Shown here piece after piece: positions 61,971-64,000 of a stretch of 64,000 nucleotides of DNA. The notes beneath the pieces are model-generated. The model worked only from the letters and a program-made list of their open reading frames with translations. It was not told where the DNA came from and did not search any database. Source of the DNA: Bryobacterales bacterium (GTDB lineage: Bacteria; Acidobacteriota; Terriglobia; Bryobacterales; UBA6623); contig OY729428.2 in NCBI GenBank assembly GCA_963422375.2, positions 1,216,001 through 1,280,000 on the forward strand. The letters run 5' to 3'. The position numbers and the translations under genes were made by a program. Numbering within the stretch: position 1 is the stretch's first letter; each line of letters opens with the position of its first letter.

Positions 61971-63044
61971 ATGAAGGCGAAGAGATCACTCCTCGTAGCA
62001 GTGGCGTTAGCCACGCTCATGACGGCCATGTCGGCGACGGCGCAATCGCCCTTGCGATGGAAGATCCACGACATGACGCGACCGGCGCCGAAGAGCGTCA
62101 CGTCCCACATGTCTCTCCCCGTCCCCCCTCCGTCGGATGCTGTCGTCCTATTTGACGGTAGCGACCTGTCCATGTGGAGAGCGGCCGATGGCACGGATGC
62201 CAAGTGGACGATCAAGGACGGCAGCCTAGCCTCAGTCCCCGGAAGCGGCCCCGTCGTCACTCGCGCCGGCTACGGCGACATTCAGCTCCACATCGAATGG
62301 GCAGCGCCCACGCCAGCTCGCGGGAAGGGGCAGGGGCGCGGCAACAGCGGTGTGTTCCTCATGGGGAAGTACGAGGTGCAAGTGCTCGACTCCTACGAGA
62401 ACGTCACCTACACCGACGGGCAGGCTGCGGCGGTGTACGGCCAGTATCCCCCCTTAGTCAACGCGAGTAGGCCAGCGGGCGAGTGGCAAGCCTACGACAT
62501 CGTCTTCCGACGGCCTCGCTTTCGCCCGGACGGCTCAGTGATGCAACCCGCACGGATCACCGTCTTCCACAATGGCGTCCTCGTCCAAGACAACTCCCAG
62601 GTCTGGGGGCCGACATCCTGGCTCCAGCACCTGCCCTACCAGTCTCATCCCGACCGCCTCCCGATTTCACTGCAGGACCACGGAAACCCCGTGCTGTACC
62701 GGAACATTTGGCTCCGCGAGCTCGCCGAAGAGCCTCGCCCCGGACCGCACAGCCACCAGACAAAGCCAATCATCACGCTGACCCAGCCAGTCTTGGAGCG
62801 ATACGTAGGCAAGTACGGGAGCGAGGCCACCCAACCCGTACTGGTCACCCGAGAGGGAAGCTCCCTCTACGTCGCTTTCGGCCTCTTGCCACCACTCGAA
62901 CTCCTGCCCCACTCCCACGAGGAGTTCTCCCTTCGATGGACGGCAGCAACGCTCGCCTTCCATTTGGACAAGAACGGCACGCCCACGAGCATCACCTTTC
63001 ACATCGGGGGCGAGGCACGCTCATCTAGTCGCCAATCGAACTAA
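61971..63044 (+). CDS. DUF1080 (3-keto-disaccharide hydrolase-like) protein with C-terminal DUF3471-like domain
   Basis: Signal peptide, [46 protein letters not shown] tail. Confidence 0.88.
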   Translation: MKAKRSLLVAVALATLMTAMSATAQSPLRWKIHDMTRPAPKSVTSHMSLPVPPPSDAVVLFDGSDLSMWRAADGTDAKWTIKDGSLASVPGSGPVVTRAGYGDIQLHIEWAAPTPARGKGQGRGNSGVFLMGKYEVQVLDSYENVTYTDGQAAAVYGQYPPLVNASRPAGEWQAYDIVFRRPRFRPDGSVMQPARITVFHNGVLVQDNSQVWGPTSWLQHLPYQSHPDRLPISLQDHGNPVLYRNIWLRELAEEPRPGPHSHQTKPIITLTQPVLERYVGKYGSEATQPVLVTREGSSLYVAFGLLPPLELLPHSHEEFSLRWTAATLAFHLDKNGTPTSITFHIGGEARSSSRQSN

Positions 63045-63425
63045 TGGCCCCTCTTCTCTGGCGCATGACCTCGCTCGAGTTGGCAAACAAGAAATACCGA
63101 TCCAGCTGATCGTATGCACGAAGAAACCTTGACGGTCGACTATCTGTGGCTACTAGGACCACGACGTCCCGAAGCGAGTCGATTCCAGCCAAGCGCCGTA
63201 TAGCCGCAAGCGGCTCAAACTGAACCGGGATTCCAAGCTGGCGGCACTCCTCGAAATCGGGGCTGCCGTCAAGGGATTCCGGCAGCCTTGCTCACGACGT
63301 AACGGTTCAAGGGGACCCACATCTCCCCGGTCAAGCACAGGGTGCCGGCGACAGCGCGAATGCATACCGATTGCCATGCTCCGACACGCCCCTCGGATGG
63401 AGTCTCCGTTTCGCTGCCCCTAGGG

Positions 63426-64000
63426 ATGCTGCGCTGCGTCACAGCGGGAGAATCTCAGGGCGAGACGCTAGTCGCGACCCCGTCGGGCATTCCAGCGGGC
63501 GTGCCCGTCGACCCTCATCGAATCAACGGGAGCCTGTGGCACCGCCAGCAAGACTACGGTCGCGACTGGCGCATGACGATCGAGAGCGACAAGGTTGACG
63601 TCGTTTCGGGTATTCGCCGCGGCAACGCGATGGGCGTGCCAACCACGGAGCCGCTACGGAGTCCCGACTGGAAGGACCGCGCCCGGACGCTGCTGGTCAC
63701 GGAGATACGGGAAGTCAGAGAGGCAGGCGAGGCAGGCGCGTATACCTGGCCTGGACTGGTCGGTCTCGCGGGGAACATCACGCACCGCTACCCAAATTGC
63801 CCTAGGTCCTCGAGCACACCACGAAGCGTGATTCCGCGGCGCGCCTAGCGTCGGTCGGCTTGGCGAAGGTCTTGGTCAGGGTTCTTGGAGTCGCGATCCT
63901 GAGCAACGTCGTCGCCGAGGGCAGGATCGAACTTGATCGGCCGGTCACCAAGGAGCGGCTCAAGCCGCCGGCCACCCGGTACAAGCTAGTTCCGAACTAC
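63426..64000 (+). pseudogene. aroC: Heavily degenerate chorismate synthase, continues past the window edge
   Basis: MLRCVTAGESQG...GIPAG...RQQDYGR..RMTIESD...SGIRRG, with ESHG changed to ESQG and RPGHADL changed to WPGLVGL. Frameshift near 63800, then VLEHTTKRDSAARLA...LAK (compare LERASARETAARVA). Confidence 0.8.

Overview
High-GC bacterial chromosomal window, most likely Acidobacteriota (inferred from an Acidobacteria-type VWA protein, an Oar-like TonB-dependent receptor, and PSD1/planctomycete-cytochrome and DUF1080 proteins). Housekeeping blocks are lpxC, a sulfite/nitrite reductase, glyQS, ppdK, clpX-lon-engB-rho, otsAB, dapD, a tandem thymidylate-kinase-like pair, Sir2, mutM, menC-like and ygfZ-like genes. 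Three accessory or defence-type patches interrupt them. (1) A >1900-aa DUF4011-SF1 helicase-Vsr-like-DUF3320 (Hhe-type) gene runs off the left edge and is missing from the ORF track. (2) An AT-rich, decayed HATPase-STAS-PIN triad abuts a broken Type IIG-like R-M gene (~22.3-24.75 kb). (3) A second broken R-M gene lies next to an intact four-gene membrane operon (53047-57157, minus): 4-TM coiled-coil protein, anchored VWA-like protein, MotA/ExbB-like and MotB/OmpA-like. That operon looks like an ion-motor (Zorya-like) module with no nuclease or helicase effector and is the best candidate here for an undescribed system. Also present are a perfect parS palindrome (58997-59012), a candidate structured RNA leader before the sulfite reductase, a TnpB relic, a decayed aroC and several apparently leaderless promoters. 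No rRNA, tRNA or CRISPR array was seen. All family calls come from motif recognition by eye, not from database searches.
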